NCBI GenBank assembly: GCA_044225175.1
Contig: JBGAJA010000005.1
Location: 17,869 to 81,868 of the forward strand
Direction: 5' to 3'
DNA length: 64,000 nt
Source of the DNA: Candidatus Omnitrophota bacterium
GTDB taxonomy: Bacteria > Omnitrophota > Gorgyraeia > Zapsychrales > Fredricksoniimonadaceae
Shown here: positions 45,901 through 55,044 of the stretch, one piece after another
Numbering within the stretch: the first letter of the stretch is position 1
How the letters are laid out: the number at the start of each line of letters is the position of its first letter
Made by a program: the position numbers and the translations under genes
The notes under the pieces: model-generated
Seen by the model: only the letters and a program-made list of their open reading frames with translations
What the model was told of the DNA's origin: nothing
The model's database searches: none

Positions 45901-46795
45901 AGAACATTTATCAGTAGAGGGGGCAGAAGTTGATTCTACATCGTCCCTTAAAGAAATAGGAATGTTTGATGATGATGTTATTTCTATGTTAGATATTTTA
46001 GAAGAGAGATATAGATTTGTTGTGCCAACGCAAGACATTAAATTATTTAGAAATAGACTTTCTGATGAGAAAAACAATTTAACTGTGAATGATTTTTATG
46101 CCTTGATTGAGCCTTATTGGTCTACTGATGAAGCTATGTCAGTGTTTGAAGTAAAAAAACCTATGGATAAAACGATACTTAAAGAACCTAAAAGACTTCG
46201 AGTTTTAGATTTATTGCAAGCCATTGAAGAAAAACCGGCCTCACTTATAGAAGATAAGCTGCAGGCTAGAGATTTGGCAAAAGAAATTAAAGCTGTGATA
46301 GATATGGCTACTGATCTTAGTAAGTTGAAGAGTGTATTAGAAGGTATGTGGTATGAAAACGAATACAAAGCTATCCCAAAAGAAATTCCCGAAATTAAAC
46401 AGAGTCTTGATTTAATCGATGAAATTTTTCGATTAAGAGAGCAATTATTGGTTAGCTCAGATTCGAAGATTCTTGATGATGTTATCAGCATAAAAAATCA
46501 ATTAAGTAGGCTTGTCAAAGAGGCGGTTAGGAAGGATATGGCGGATGACGCAATGAAATCTATTGAACCTCAGTATAAAGATCCCTTAGGTGGTATTGAT
46601 TTAAATGCTGCGAATTTGAATTTACAGATTAAGCGTGATGGTAATGGGGTGCCTCTTCCTATTAGTCAGCAAAATTTAGAAAGTATTCATATTGAAGGAC
46701 TGATTCCAGTGATTTTAGATATTAGACCTGCTTTGGGAGCGCTTCTTTTATCTGAATTAACCTCTGGTGTACCTCAATTATTAGCTAAAAAGTAA
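42980..46795 (+). CDS. Giant secreted protein, paralog 3: conserved N- and C-modules with a distinct central region of unknown function
   Basis: 1271 aa. Signal peptide; N-module LLPAPGVMVHLSPEFTPAHLKGIVIHPDNALKFDFII... paralogous to 12650.. and 26159... C-terminal GGIDLNAANLNLQIKRDGNGVPLPISQQNLESIHIEGLIPVILDIRPA shared with paralog 2. Confidence 0.8.
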   Translation: MESNMKTPKAISIIVLTAFLTTSLNISGYAKDVSLLPAPGVMVHLSPEFTPAHLKGIVIHPDNALKFDFIINKGDKPLDEVTKKAEYTKLIKYFLASLAVPDDNQWVNLSPYEKNRIIKEDFGKTEMGRDLLAQDYLLKQITASLIYPQDKLGQKFWDEVYAKAQQQFGTTNIPVNTFNKVWIVPDDAVIYEKGNTAYVIKHHLKVMLEEDYLSLGKHGGIQEKSIRDSNKAHAIGSQVVREVVLPQLEKEVNEGQNFAPLRQVYSGMLLAAWYKRALKESLLSKIYADKSKIKGINQDPKNNEAIYQQYLKAFKKGVFNFIKEDVDKYSKQTIPRKYFSGGTIGDGAMFAKVVRIIKTLDPAQAASLAKSLASDDLAQVMAHETQDSAMSGTEVNFSWNNGKNSFQVKRGTMLGGYKLHNILMNGKPTTVKLGNLQGSILRIEGAETLIIGKDKTSNQYVFITGDRDPSMPRNTVFYFEEGKGSAPNLLVNKSVRNGNFETIAILMPAQGVVGKQALDVQNFSDPSLLLSDETGSQKLPVGKQIKVLDYAQLTSKTAGQALSTLDLPPAIPMPGATERTIRQRIITDIHVAHVLDRIREKTNREPDPGVLDGFIDVVREESNDIRAIELAIEAILGAHIEDEYLMDSFLTELKKIDSTESANNYIYLLSGMLKDMSGLELSMNEKVRNVILNLFYIQGLNSAPEFRSQFEKWLKRFIEIGRKGRSDVEIDPMWQDIKAEDKEVFQSLPYSIGLSLYKVRIAMQSNLHINEAYRDYESTINMVNQAIAPQGASQKVLPSSLVVGTEALILNSFLTLIPFVLDSLNLLIDDFKSTSVDDKLTRVKDLLIKVEFLHGKMIQEISSESINGGMGLSQRGRDLKELLGNVDDLKVFLDEEIAKVELMLGERGNMHQIDRNKYSAQRLNRTLRMVFYSFKKRWRGLSSKLDSQGIEIEDIDNVFRLSLKRQEIVNELIQEHLSVEGAEVDSTSSLKEIGMFDDDVISMLDILEERYRFVVPTQDIKLFRNRLSDEKNNLTVNDFYALIEPYWSTDEAMSVFEVKKPMDKTILKEPKRLRVLDLLQAIEEKPASLIEDKLQARDLAKEIKAVIDMATDLSKLKSVLEGMWYENEYKAIPKEIPEIKQSLDLIDEIFRLREQLLVSSDSKILDDVISIKNQLSRLVKEAVRKDMADDAMKSIEPQYKDPLGGIDLNAANLNLQIKRDGNGVPLPISQQNLESIHIEGLIPVILDIRPALGALLLSELTSGVPQLLAKK

Positions 46796-46800
46796 TTTTA

Positions 46801-47562
46801 ATGACTGAAGATGAACTGATTTTGACCCATATTCTTGGTATTTCCCGCAGTGAGCTTTATTTACATAAGCCTCAATTGACCGAACTTCAAGAGAAACAAT
46901 TCCAATCTTATAAAGCTAGAAGACAAAAGGGAGAGCCTTTGCAGTATATTTTTGGGGACTGTGATTTTATGGGGCTTGAATTGAAGGTTGATCCAAGAGT
47001 CCTTGTGCCTCGCCCTGAGACGGAGATATTGGTTGATTTGGCTATTAAGAAATTTCATGGTGCTGAAATTTTAGATATCGGAACAGGATCAGGAAATATT
47101 GCTATTGCTTTAGCCAAGCATTTTCCAAAAGCCCATGTGATAACAATTGATGTTTCCAAGGATGCTTTGGATTTAGCTCAAGAGAATGCAAAGATTCACT
47201 CTGTGAGCAGCCAAATTGGTTTTATTCATACCAGTATTTTTGATTATGTTCCAAGTAAGAGATTTGATTTTATCATTTCTAATCCACCGTATATTCCAAG
47301 CGGAAAAATCCTCACCTTACCCATTGATGTTCAACAAGAGCCTCACTTAGCATTAGACGGTGGCATGGATGGGTTAGACTTTTACCGTGCTATTATAAAG
47401 ATGATTCCAGGCTTGATAAGACCTAAGGGTTGCCTTATGATGGAATTTGGTGACGGACAGGGTTTAGCAGTCAAAGACCTCGTACACGCGCTCCAAACAT
47501 TTTCAAATATTCAAATCCACAAGGACTTAACAGGCAGAGATCGTATTATTAGTGCAGAATAA
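46801..47562 (+). CDS. prmC: Release factor glutamine N5-methyltransferase (PrmC/HemK)
   Basis: 253 aa. DIGTGSGNIAI motif I and the NPPY motif (IISNPPYIP). Confidence 0.85.
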   Translation: MTEDELILTHILGISRSELYLHKPQLTELQEKQFQSYKARRQKGEPLQYIFGDCDFMGLELKVDPRVLVPRPETEILVDLAIKKFHGAEILDIGTGSGNIAIALAKHFPKAHVITIDVSKDALDLAQENAKIHSVSSQIGFIHTSIFDYVPSKRFDFIISNPPYIPSGKILTLPIDVQQEPHLALDGGMDGLDFYRAIIKMIPGLIRPKGCLMMEFGDGQGLAVKDLVHALQTFSNIQIHKDLTGRDRIISAE

Positions 47563-47580
47563 TTTTAGGAGAACTGTATC

Positions 47581-48840
47581 ATGGAGAAATTTGTTATTGA
47601 AGGCGGAAAGACGCTTAAGGGAAAAATTAGAGTTAGTGGTTCTAAGAATACAACCTTGCCTATCCTTGCAGCCACGCTTTTAACGGATGGTGTCTGCGAA
47701 ATCCGTAATGTCCCCAAACTCCGTGACACTTGGACGATGTGTAAACTCCTTAGAACTCTAGGTAAAACCGTGGAAATCAGTGGTAATAAAGTCACCATTT
47801 CAGGTGCAGCTAATACTCATATTGCCGATTATAAATTAGTCTCAACCATGCGTGGGTCATTTTGTGTCTTAGGCCCTTTATTGGCCAAACTCGGCAAAGC
47901 GAAAGTTTCTATGCCTGGAGGCTGTGTTATTGGGGTGCGGCCTGTTGATTTGCATATGAAGGGTATTTTAGCCTTAGGAGCTAAAGCGGATTTTGAAGGC
48001 GGGGATGTCATTGCAAGTGCTTCCAAGCTTAAAGGGACTCAAATGTACTTAGGAGGAATATTTGGCTCATCTGTTCTAGCCACAGCGAACGTTATGATGG
48101 CAGCATCTTTAGCTCACGGAGAAACAATTATTGAATGTGCGGCAAGTGAACCTGAGATGGAAGAGCTTGGAAATTTTTTAAGTGCAATGGGAGCTAAGAT
48201 TTCGGGACATGGAACCTCGCGCATTGTTATTAATGGTGTACGAAAACTTAATGGGGCTAACTATCGTATTGGATCAGACCGTATTGAAGCAGGCACGTTT
48301 TTAATTATGGCTGCTGCTGCCAAGAGTGATATCTTAGTTGAAGATGTTCAATACAATCATTTGTTGGCCCTCATTGATAAACTTCAAAGTATTGGTGTGT
48401 ACGTTAAGAAAGAAGGCAGTGATATTCGTATTCGTTGTAAGAAGATATTAAAACCGGCCAATGTGGTGACTCACCCTCATCCAGGTTTTCCTACAGATCT
48501 TCAAGCACAATACATGACATTAATGGCTTTAACGCCAGGTGTGAGTATTGTAACTGATAGAGTTTTTCCAGATCGTTTTATGCATATTTCAGAATTAAAT
48601 CGTATGGGCGCCCAGATTCGCCGCGACTCAGGAAGCGCCATCATTGAAGGGGTTAAGCAATTGTATGGAGCGCCTGTTATGGCATCCGACCTTCGTGCCT
48701 CAGCTGCTCTTGTCATTGCAGGATTGGTTGCCAAGGGTAAGACGGAAATTCATCGTATTTATCATTTGGACCGTGGTTATGAAGATTTAGACCAGAAATT
48801 GACCCAATTGGGTGCAAAGGTGTTTAGAGAGAAGGAATAA
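47581..48840 (+). CDS. murA: UDP-N-acetylglucosamine 1-carboxyvinyltransferase
   Basis: 419 aa. KISGSKNTTLP... catalytic Cys-containing loop PGGCVIG. EPSP-synthase fold. Confidence 0.9.
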   Translation: MEKFVIEGGKTLKGKIRVSGSKNTTLPILAATLLTDGVCEIRNVPKLRDTWTMCKLLRTLGKTVEISGNKVTISGAANTHIADYKLVSTMRGSFCVLGPLLAKLGKAKVSMPGGCVIGVRPVDLHMKGILALGAKADFEGGDVIASASKLKGTQMYLGGIFGSSVLATANVMMAASLAHGETIIECAASEPEMEELGNFLSAMGAKISGHGTSRIVINGVRKLNGANYRIGSDRIEAGTFLIMAAAAKSDILVEDVQYNHLLALIDKLQSIGVYVKKEGSDIRIRCKKILKPANVVTHPHPGFPTDLQAQYMTLMALTPGVSIVTDRVFPDRFMHISELNRMGAQIRRDSGSAIIEGVKQLYGAPVMASDLRASAALVIAGLVAKGKTEIHRIYHLDRGYEDLDQKLTQLGAKVFREKE

Positions 48841-48843
48841 GAC

Positions 48844-49410
48844 ATGATTCTCATGATCGACAATTACGATTCATTTACCTATAACCTCGTCCAGTATTTT
48901 GGAGAATTAAAAGCTGATATGAAGGTGTATCGTAATGATGAACTTACTCTTGCAGATATTCGACGTATGAAACCTGAAAAGATAGTAATCTCTCCGGGGC
49001 CTGGTCGACCTGAAGATGCGGGGATTTCAGTGGATGTAATTAAGAAGCTTTCAGGAGAATTCCCAATTCTTGGTGTTTGTTTAGGTCATCAGGGGATAGG
49101 ATATGCTTTTGGTGCTAAGATCACTAACGCTAAACATTTGATGCACGGTAAGACGTCTCCCATTGAACATAGGGATACGGATGTTTTTAAAGGTTTGTCC
49201 CATCCCTTTGATGCAACGCGGTATCATTCGCTTGTCATTGATCGTAAAACCTTGCCAGATTGTTTGGAAGTGACAGCCTGGACAACCGATGATCAGGAAA
49301 TCATGGGGGTCCGTCACAAAACTTTACCGCTATGGGGTGTGCAATTTCATCCTGAATCCATACTTACAAAAGAAGGAAAGAATATCCTCAAGAATTTTCT
49401 TAAACTCTGA
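48844..49410 (+). CDS. trpG: Glutamine amidotransferase component II of anthranilate/aminodeoxychorismate synthase
   Basis: 188 aa. Class-I GATase triad with GVCLGHQ and the C-terminal HPES motif. Adjacent to trpD. Confidence 0.75.
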   Translation: MILMIDNYDSFTYNLVQYFGELKADMKVYRNDELTLADIRRMKPEKIVISPGPGRPEDAGISVDVIKKLSGEFPILGVCLGHQGIGYAFGAKITNAKHLMHGKTSPIEHRDTDVFKGLSHPFDATRYHSLVIDRKTLPDCLEVTAWTTDDQEIMGVRHKTLPLWGVQFHPESILTKEGKNILKNFLKL

Positions 49411-50423
49411 TGCGTAACTACATTGATAAAATTAATAGCCATAAAAATTTAACTCATGATGAAATTACGGTTGTCATGGAGCTTATCATGTCAGGCCATG
49501 CGCCTCTTGAAGAGGTTGGCGATTTTTTACTGGCACTGAACGCTAAAGGCCCTACCGTTGAGGAGATTACTGCATGTGCATTAATTATGCGCAAGTTTGT
49601 TGTTCCTATTAAAACAACTCATAATGTGGTTCTAGATACATGTGGGACAGGTGGGGACCACAAAGGTACATTTAATATTTCAACAGCTGCTGCTTTTGTT
49701 ATTGCCTCGTGTGGCGTTGCAGTTGCTAAACATGGAAACCGTTCGGTATCTAGCAAATGTGGTTCTGCGGATGTGTTAGAAGCTCTAGGGATCAATGTGG
49801 ATTTGACTGACTCAAGAGTGAGTGCTTGTTTAGATCACGTAGGTATCGCATTCTTATTTGCTCCAAATCTTCATCCAGCCATGAAAAATGTTGCACCTGT
49901 GCGAAAAAGTCTTGGTGTGAAGACAATCTTTAATATTCTTGGACCTTTGACTAATCCTGCATCTGCTACACATCAAATCGTTGGAGTTTATAGTAGGGAT
50001 TTGGTCGAGCCGATTGCAAATGTACTTAAACACTTAGGAATTAAACGTGCGCTTGTAGTTCATGGAGATGATGGATTAGATGAAGTGACCACAACAGATA
50101 AAACGTTTATTGCTGAATTTAATGGAAAAGAAATTATTTCTTATGATATTGATCCTCAAGAATTAGGAATTATGCGTGCTAGTCCTGAAGATTTAATGGG
50201 TGGAGATAAGCATGAAAACGCTTCTATTCTGGAAACCATTTTAAGTGGACAAAAGGGTCCTAAAAGAGACATTGTCCTTCTGAATTCTGCCTATGGTCTG
50301 TATACCGCAGGAGCTGTAGATAATATCACTTTTGGTCTTCAGATGGCTGAGCATGCGATTGATTCTGGGCGTGCCTTGATGAAATTAAATGAATTAAAGG
50401 AGTCGACTAACCGTGTCTGGTGA
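49410..50423 (+). CDS. trpD: Anthranilate phosphoribosyltransferase
   Basis: 337 aa. DTCGTGGD and KHGNRSVSS motifs. Confidence 0.9.
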   Translation: MRNYIDKINSHKNLTHDEITVVMELIMSGHAPLEEVGDFLLALNAKGPTVEEITACALIMRKFVVPIKTTHNVVLDTCGTGGDHKGTFNISTAAAFVIASCGVAVAKHGNRSVSSKCGSADVLEALGINVDLTDSRVSACLDHVGIAFLFAPNLHPAMKNVAPVRKSLGVKTIFNILGPLTNPASATHQIVGVYSRDLVEPIANVLKHLGIKRALVVHGDDGLDEVTTTDKTFIAEFNGKEIISYDIDPQELGIMRASPEDLMGGDKHENASILETILSGQKGPKRDIVLLNSAYGLYTAGAVDNITFGLQMAEHAIDSGRALMKLNELKESTNRVW

Positions 50424-51207
50424 TTTTTTAAAGAAAATTGAGAGCCATAAGCTAGGCATTATTAAAGCTAAAAAGGATTATTACGAGAATCTTAAGAAGA
50501 ATATGAAGCGTGCGACATATAATCGCTATGAGATCTTCAAGAAAGCTATCTCTCGACCGGGACAAGTTAATTTAATTGCTGAAATAAAAAAAGCTTCTCC
50601 TTCAGCAGGTCTTATTCGTCAAGACTTTGAAGTCTCTAGAATTGCCAAAATCTATGTGGAGAATAAAGCGGCTGCTCTTTCTGTATTGACGGAGGAAAAG
50701 TATTTCTTAGGCGGTTTTCCTTATTTGGAAAAGGTAAGCGATGAGTTTCCAGTGCCTACACTTATGAAAGACTTTATTATTCATGAGTATCAGATTTTTG
50801 AAGGCGCTTTTTATGGGGCATCGGCTGTTTTATTGATTGTGGATATGCTTGAAGATAATCAATTGCGTGATTTGATTGCTGTTGCTCATTCATTAGGAAT
50901 AGATTGTTTAGTGGAAGCTCAAACTGAAAAAGAGGTTGAGCGAGCCTTGGACGCAGATTGTGAAGTCATTGGAATTAATAACCGTAATTTGCGCACCTTA
51001 GAGATGGATCAAGAGAATTTTTTTCGTTTAGTTAAAGAAATTCCTAAAGGAAAGATCATTGTTGCTGAAAGTGGACTTAAGACCCATGAAGATATTAAAA
51101 GAGTAGGGGAGGCAGGAGCACACGCAGTTTTAATCGGAGAAACATTTATGAAAGCTAATGACATTGGCGCTAAGATGAAGGAGATCATGGGTTATGGTAA
51201 GAATTAA
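50413..51207 (+). CDS. trpC: Indole-3-glycerol phosphate synthase
   Basis: 264 aa. IAEIKKASPS and IGINNRNL motifs. Confidence 0.85.
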   Translation: MSGDFLKKIESHKLGIIKAKKDYYENLKKNMKRATYNRYEIFKKAISRPGQVNLIAEIKKASPSAGLIRQDFEVSRIAKIYVENKAAALSVLTEEKYFLGGFPYLEKVSDEFPVPTLMKDFIIHEYQIFEGAFYGASAVLLIVDMLEDNQLRDLIAVAHSLGIDCLVEAQTEKEVERALDADCEVIGINNRNLRTLEMDQENFFRLVKEIPKGKIIVAESGLKTHEDIKRVGEAGAHAVLIGETFMKANDIGAKMKEIMGYGKN

Positions 51208-51841
51208 AGTTTGTGGGATTACGAATGAAAAAGATGCATTGAAGGCAGCCAATTTGGGTGCATGGGCTGTTGGTTTTATTTTTTATAAGAAAAGTCCAAG
51301 ATTTATAAGCCCCTTTAAGGCCAAGAAGATCATTGATGCCTTACCGCCTTTTGTGACACCGGTGGGTGTATTCGTGAACCATAATGCGGGGGCCATGAAA
51401 GATATTATCAATCATTGCGGTTTAAGAGCAGTTCAACTGCATGGAGATGAGGATCACCATTTCTGTCACCGTCTTCGCCGTTACAATGTAAAGATCATTA
51501 AAGCCTTTGGTATAGGAGAAGGTTTTGACCCTAGAGTTCTTGAGCCTTACAAAGTCGATGCGTTTTTATTTGATACTTTGGATAAAGAGAATCATGGTGG
51601 TACAGGAAGGACATTTGATTGGAATCTCTTAAGAGAAATCAAATCCATGAATGTTCCCATTATTCTTTCAGGCGGCTTAAATAGTCAAAATGTGATTGAG
51701 CCAGTCAATGAGCTTAAACCATATGCCGTGGATGTTAATAGTGGTGTAGAGCAAGCTCCAGGAATTAAAGATGCTGCAAAGATGAAGCAATTTATTGACG
51801 TTGTGACTTACATTACTGGACCTAAGGTCAGAGAATCTTAA
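51194..51841 (+). CDS. trpF: Phosphoribosylanthranilate isomerase
   Basis: 215 aa. KVCGIT... and QLHGDE motifs. Confidence 0.85.
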   Translation: MVRIKVCGITNEKDALKAANLGAWAVGFIFYKKSPRFISPFKAKKIIDALPPFVTPVGVFVNHNAGAMKDIINHCGLRAVQLHGDEDHHFCHRLRRYNVKIIKAFGIGEGFDPRVLEPYKVDAFLFDTLDKENHGGTGRTFDWNLLREIKSMNVPIILSGGLNSQNVIEPVNELKPYAVDVNSGVEQAPGIKDAAKMKQFIDVVTYITGPKVRES

Positions 51842-51845
51842 ATAA

Positions 51846-52916
51846 ATGCGTACGCATATTCCTAAGGATGACATTTCAGTCATCATTCAGTTAGCTGGAC
51901 AAGAAATTCGTCAGTTCCTTTCTTCAGCCAAACCCGAAGACTTTCGGGGTGAGGCCAAGTCTGCAATTGCTTTATATCAAAAAGATTCTAATCTTTTTAC
52001 AGATAAACATTTGATTGAATATGGCACAAATATTGAAAAGGCCATTGATCATCCCATGAGAATTGAAGTTAGGCATATCACATCCTATGGAGCTGCTCAA
52101 GTGGTGGCTAAAGGAGTGTGGGGGGCGCCTTTACGTCAAGAAGTGATCAAAAGAATTCGAGAAGAATTAAAAACATATGATAAAGATATTGAGGTCAGAT
52201 TAGCTGGAACTTCTTCTTTTGAGTTTAATGTAAAAGGTATTAATAAGTCTTCTTCCATTCGTTTCTTGCGCTATGCCTGGGGAGATGTTTTAGATCAGAT
52301 GAAATATACAGCCGGTCCTTATATTGACAGTCGAAAGACCAATACCATAATTGCCGCTGATGGAGACGGGACGATTTATGACGGCCCTAAAGCAGGCCAT
52401 GATCTTCCAACAATGGCGAAAAGTCCTGCAAGGGATGCTTTAATTGCATGGCTGGAGGCAGGCGGTATATTTATGCTGAATTCCGGCAATGAACTACAAC
52501 GCAACGTCCTTCGCATTAAAGATGGTATTCCTGCTCATTTGTTTAATCGTATTCTAGTTTCAGGAAATGGTGGAGCTGATTTAGTGTGTTTTGATGAAGC
52601 TCAGCAGCCTGTGTTTGTGAGAAGATTTAACGATTTCGCTATTCATAAATTGGATCCTAAATATACGTTGGATATTGTTTATCTAGGAGATGACGGCAGT
52701 CAAGATGGCAATGACTGGGCAGCTTTTAAAGAGGTAGGTTTCGAACGTGCAGTATTAGTTTCCAGAGACTTCAAACGTCATTACGATGCCGGTTTAAGAG
52801 TTGGTTATGTCGGGCATTTGGTTAGAGGTACCAAAAGATATTTCGAAATAGCCACTCTAAAAGCCAAAAATAACCGCCGAGGCAAAGGCTTTCTATCTGC
52901 CTGGGCCGTTTCATAA
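51846..52916 (+). CDS. Hypothetical protein with a possible HAD-like phosphatase core
   Basis: 356 aa. IIAADGDGTIYDG resembles HAD motif I (DxDGT). The rest is undiagnostic. Confidence 0.35.
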   Translation: MRTHIPKDDISVIIQLAGQEIRQFLSSAKPEDFRGEAKSAIALYQKDSNLFTDKHLIEYGTNIEKAIDHPMRIEVRHITSYGAAQVVAKGVWGAPLRQEVIKRIREELKTYDKDIEVRLAGTSSFEFNVKGINKSSSIRFLRYAWGDVLDQMKYTAGPYIDSRKTNTIIAADGDGTIYDGPKAGHDLPTMAKSPARDALIAWLEAGGIFMLNSGNELQRNVLRIKDGIPAHLFNRILVSGNGGADLVCFDEAQQPVFVRRFNDFAIHKLDPKYTLDIVYLGDDGSQDGNDWAAFKEVGFERAVLVSRDFKRHYDAGLRVGYVGHLVRGTKRYFEIATLKAKNNRRGKGFLSAWAVS

Positions 52917-52981
52917 ATGCTGATAGACACCAAAATAAGAAAAATGGTGCCTGTCACCATTTATTCAATTAGAATATTTCC

Positions 52982-53692
52982 ATGTCATTAGTCCTTTCAA
53001 AAAATGATTCGCCTAAAATGTTTGATGAAATCGCTCATAAGTATGATTTCCTCAATCGGCTTTTGTCTTTGGGGCAAGACGAGGCTTGGCGTTATCAAAT
53101 CAGAAGATGTTTACCTCAAAAAAATAGTTATGATCTTTTAGATATAGCAACTGGCACAGGGGATGTGATTTTGACCTTGGTCAAAGATAATTCATCGGTG
53201 CGCTCAGCTTATGGAGTAGATTTATCTGAAGGAATGCTTGAAATTGCAAAGGTCAAGGTTAAGGCGGCTAATTTACAGTCAAAAATCACTATTCAAAAAG
53301 CTGATGCTCAGGCTCTTCCATTTGTGGAAGGGAGTTTTGATGCTGTTACGATTTCCTTTGGCATTAGAAATATTCCAGATTTACGTTTAGCTCTTCTTGA
53401 AATGTATCGTGTTCTTAAGAAAGATGGGCGTGTGATTATCTTAGAGTTTTCCTTGCCCCAGAATATCTTCATCAGAACAGGCCACTGGTTTTATATTAAT
53501 ATTTTTGTTCCAATTGTTGGTTATATCTTCTCGGGACACAATAGTGCTTATCGATACTTGGCTCAAACAATCGAAACTTTTCCTTATGGAGATCGCTTTT
53601 GCAGGATCCTAAAGCAAATGGGATTTGTGAATGTTCAATCTAAAACTTTAATGGGCGGGGTTGCTACCGTTTATTGGGCAGATAAAGAATAA
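52982..53692 (+). CDS. ubiE: Demethylmenaquinone/ubiquinone C-methyltransferase (UbiE/MenG family)
   Basis: 236 aa. LLDIATGTGDV SAM motif; UbiE-family N-terminal FDEIAHKYDFLNRLLSLGQD. Confidence 0.8.
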   Translation: MSLVLSKNDSPKMFDEIAHKYDFLNRLLSLGQDEAWRYQIRRCLPQKNSYDLLDIATGTGDVILTLVKDNSSVRSAYGVDLSEGMLEIAKVKVKAANLQSKITIQKADAQALPFVEGSFDAVTISFGIRNIPDLRLALLEMYRVLKKDGRVIILEFSLPQNIFIRTGHWFYINIFVPIVGYIFSGHNSAYRYLAQTIETFPYGDRFCRILKQMGFVNVQSKTLMGGVATVYWADKE

Positions 53693-55044
53693 TGTCAGAC
53701 GAAATTGTTGATTTCAAAATAGCCAAGAAGATTATGGCTCAGAAGATCCAAGATGGGGTTGCCAACAAAGGTGCCTTCGATGTTTTTCGTGTTGAGATTA
53801 AGATTCACCCTATCGATGAAATCGCATGGATATCCAGTCAGAACTTTTCAGTCAAGATTTTTGGAGCTAACCAAGATAATTCGGCCTGTATTGCAGGTGT
53901 TGGTGAGGCCCACTCCATTACAGGTAAAAACATTAATTCTTTTAAAAAGGTCTTTTCAAGCTTAAGGCAATATCTGAAGAAGGAATATCCTTACCTGCAA
54001 TGGTATGGGGGTATGTGCTTTGACCCTAAACGTTCTTCTGGTCCTTGGAAGGAATTTGGAGCTTATCGTTTTGTGATCCCTAGATTTGAATTAGCTTCTG
54101 ATTCAAGTTCTATGATTTTTTGCTGTAATATCGTGGGAAAGCTTACCCCTAAAATCCAAGATCAAATTTTAAAACAATTGGATGCTTTAGAAATACCTTC
54201 AAATGTAGGGGAGGATGTTGCTTTAAAGGCAAAACAACGAAAAGATTTTCCGTCCCAAGTTCAGTGGGATAAAAATGTCAAAGCAGTATTACAATCTATT
54301 GCAAAGGCAAAGGTACAAAAGGTGGTTTTAGCCCGTCAAACGTCGCTTAGTTTTGCCAAGAAGGTCGATCCATGGAATATTTTACGTCGTCTCTTTGAGG
54401 TAACTCCTAACAGTTATCATTTTTGTTTTGAATTTAATGGCACAGCATTCTTGGGAGCATCCCCTGAGCGGCTGTATCGTAAATTTGGCCATACGATTAT
54501 TAGTGAGGCTATTGCAGGAACTTCTCCTCGGGCTAGAGGTATTTCTCAAGACAATGCATTTAAGGAACAGCTGTTAGGCTCTTTAAAGAATAATCGTGAA
54601 CATGATTTTGTAGTCCAAGCTATTCAAGAAGGATTAAAGAAGGTTTGCCAGGATCAGGAACACAGTCTCAAGCCTCAAATCCTAACTCTTGGCAATGGGC
54701 ATCATCTGCTGACTTCATTTCAGGGTAAGCTTAAAGATGGGATGAAAGACGAAGATATTATTAGTGCCCTGCATCCAACGCCTGCAGTTGGAGGATCTCC
54801 ATCAAAACAGGCTTTAGACATGCTTTCTAAGCTTGAGGGATTTCAAAGAGGTTGGTATACAGGCTTAATTGGATATGTTGGGCTTGATTGGAGTGAATTT
54901 GTTGTTGGAATACGTTCCGCTTTAGTTAAGAATAAAGAGATGACAGTGTATGCGGGGGCTGGAATTGTAGAAGGCTCTCAATCTCATGAAGAATGGCAGG
55001 AAATTGAAAACAAAATCAGTAATTTTATTAAGCTTATCCAATGA
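53692..55044 (+). CDS. menF: Isochorismate synthase (menaquinone-specific)
   Basis: 450 aa. Chorismate-binding C-terminal domain (GTSPRARG..., HPTPAVGGSP, GAGIVEGSQSHEEWQE). Coupled to menD. Confidence 0.75.
   Translation: MSDEIVDFKIAKKIMAQKIQDGVANKGAFDVFRVEIKIHPIDEIAWISSQNFSVKIFGANQDNSACIAGVGEAHSITGKNINSFKKVFSSLRQYLKKEYPYLQWYGGMCFDPKRSSGPWKEFGAYRFVIPRFELASDSSSMIFCCNIVGKLTPKIQDQILKQLDALEIPSNVGEDVALKAKQRKDFPSQVQWDKNVKAVLQSIAKAKVQKVVLARQTSLSFAKKVDPWNILRRLFEVTPNSYHFCFEFNGTAFLGASPERLYRKFGHTIISEAIAGTSPRARGISQDNAFKEQLLGSLKNNREHDFVVQAIQEGLKKVCQDQEHSLKPQILTLGNGHHLLTSFQGKLKDGMKDEDIISALHPTPAVGGSPSKQALDMLSKLEGFQRGWYTGLIGYVGLDWSEFVVGIRSALVKNKEMTVYAGAGIVEGSQSHEEWQEIENKISNFIKLIQ

Noticed and set aside
53692-55044. 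Possibility that the 450-aa chorismate-binding protein is TrpE (a partner for the orphan trpG) rather than MenF
   Set aside because: Its N-terminal region and size fit isochorismate synthases. It is translationally coupled to menD and preceded by ubiE, and it lacks the longer N-terminal regulatory domain of TrpE. Kept as MenF, but a phylogeny should confirm.
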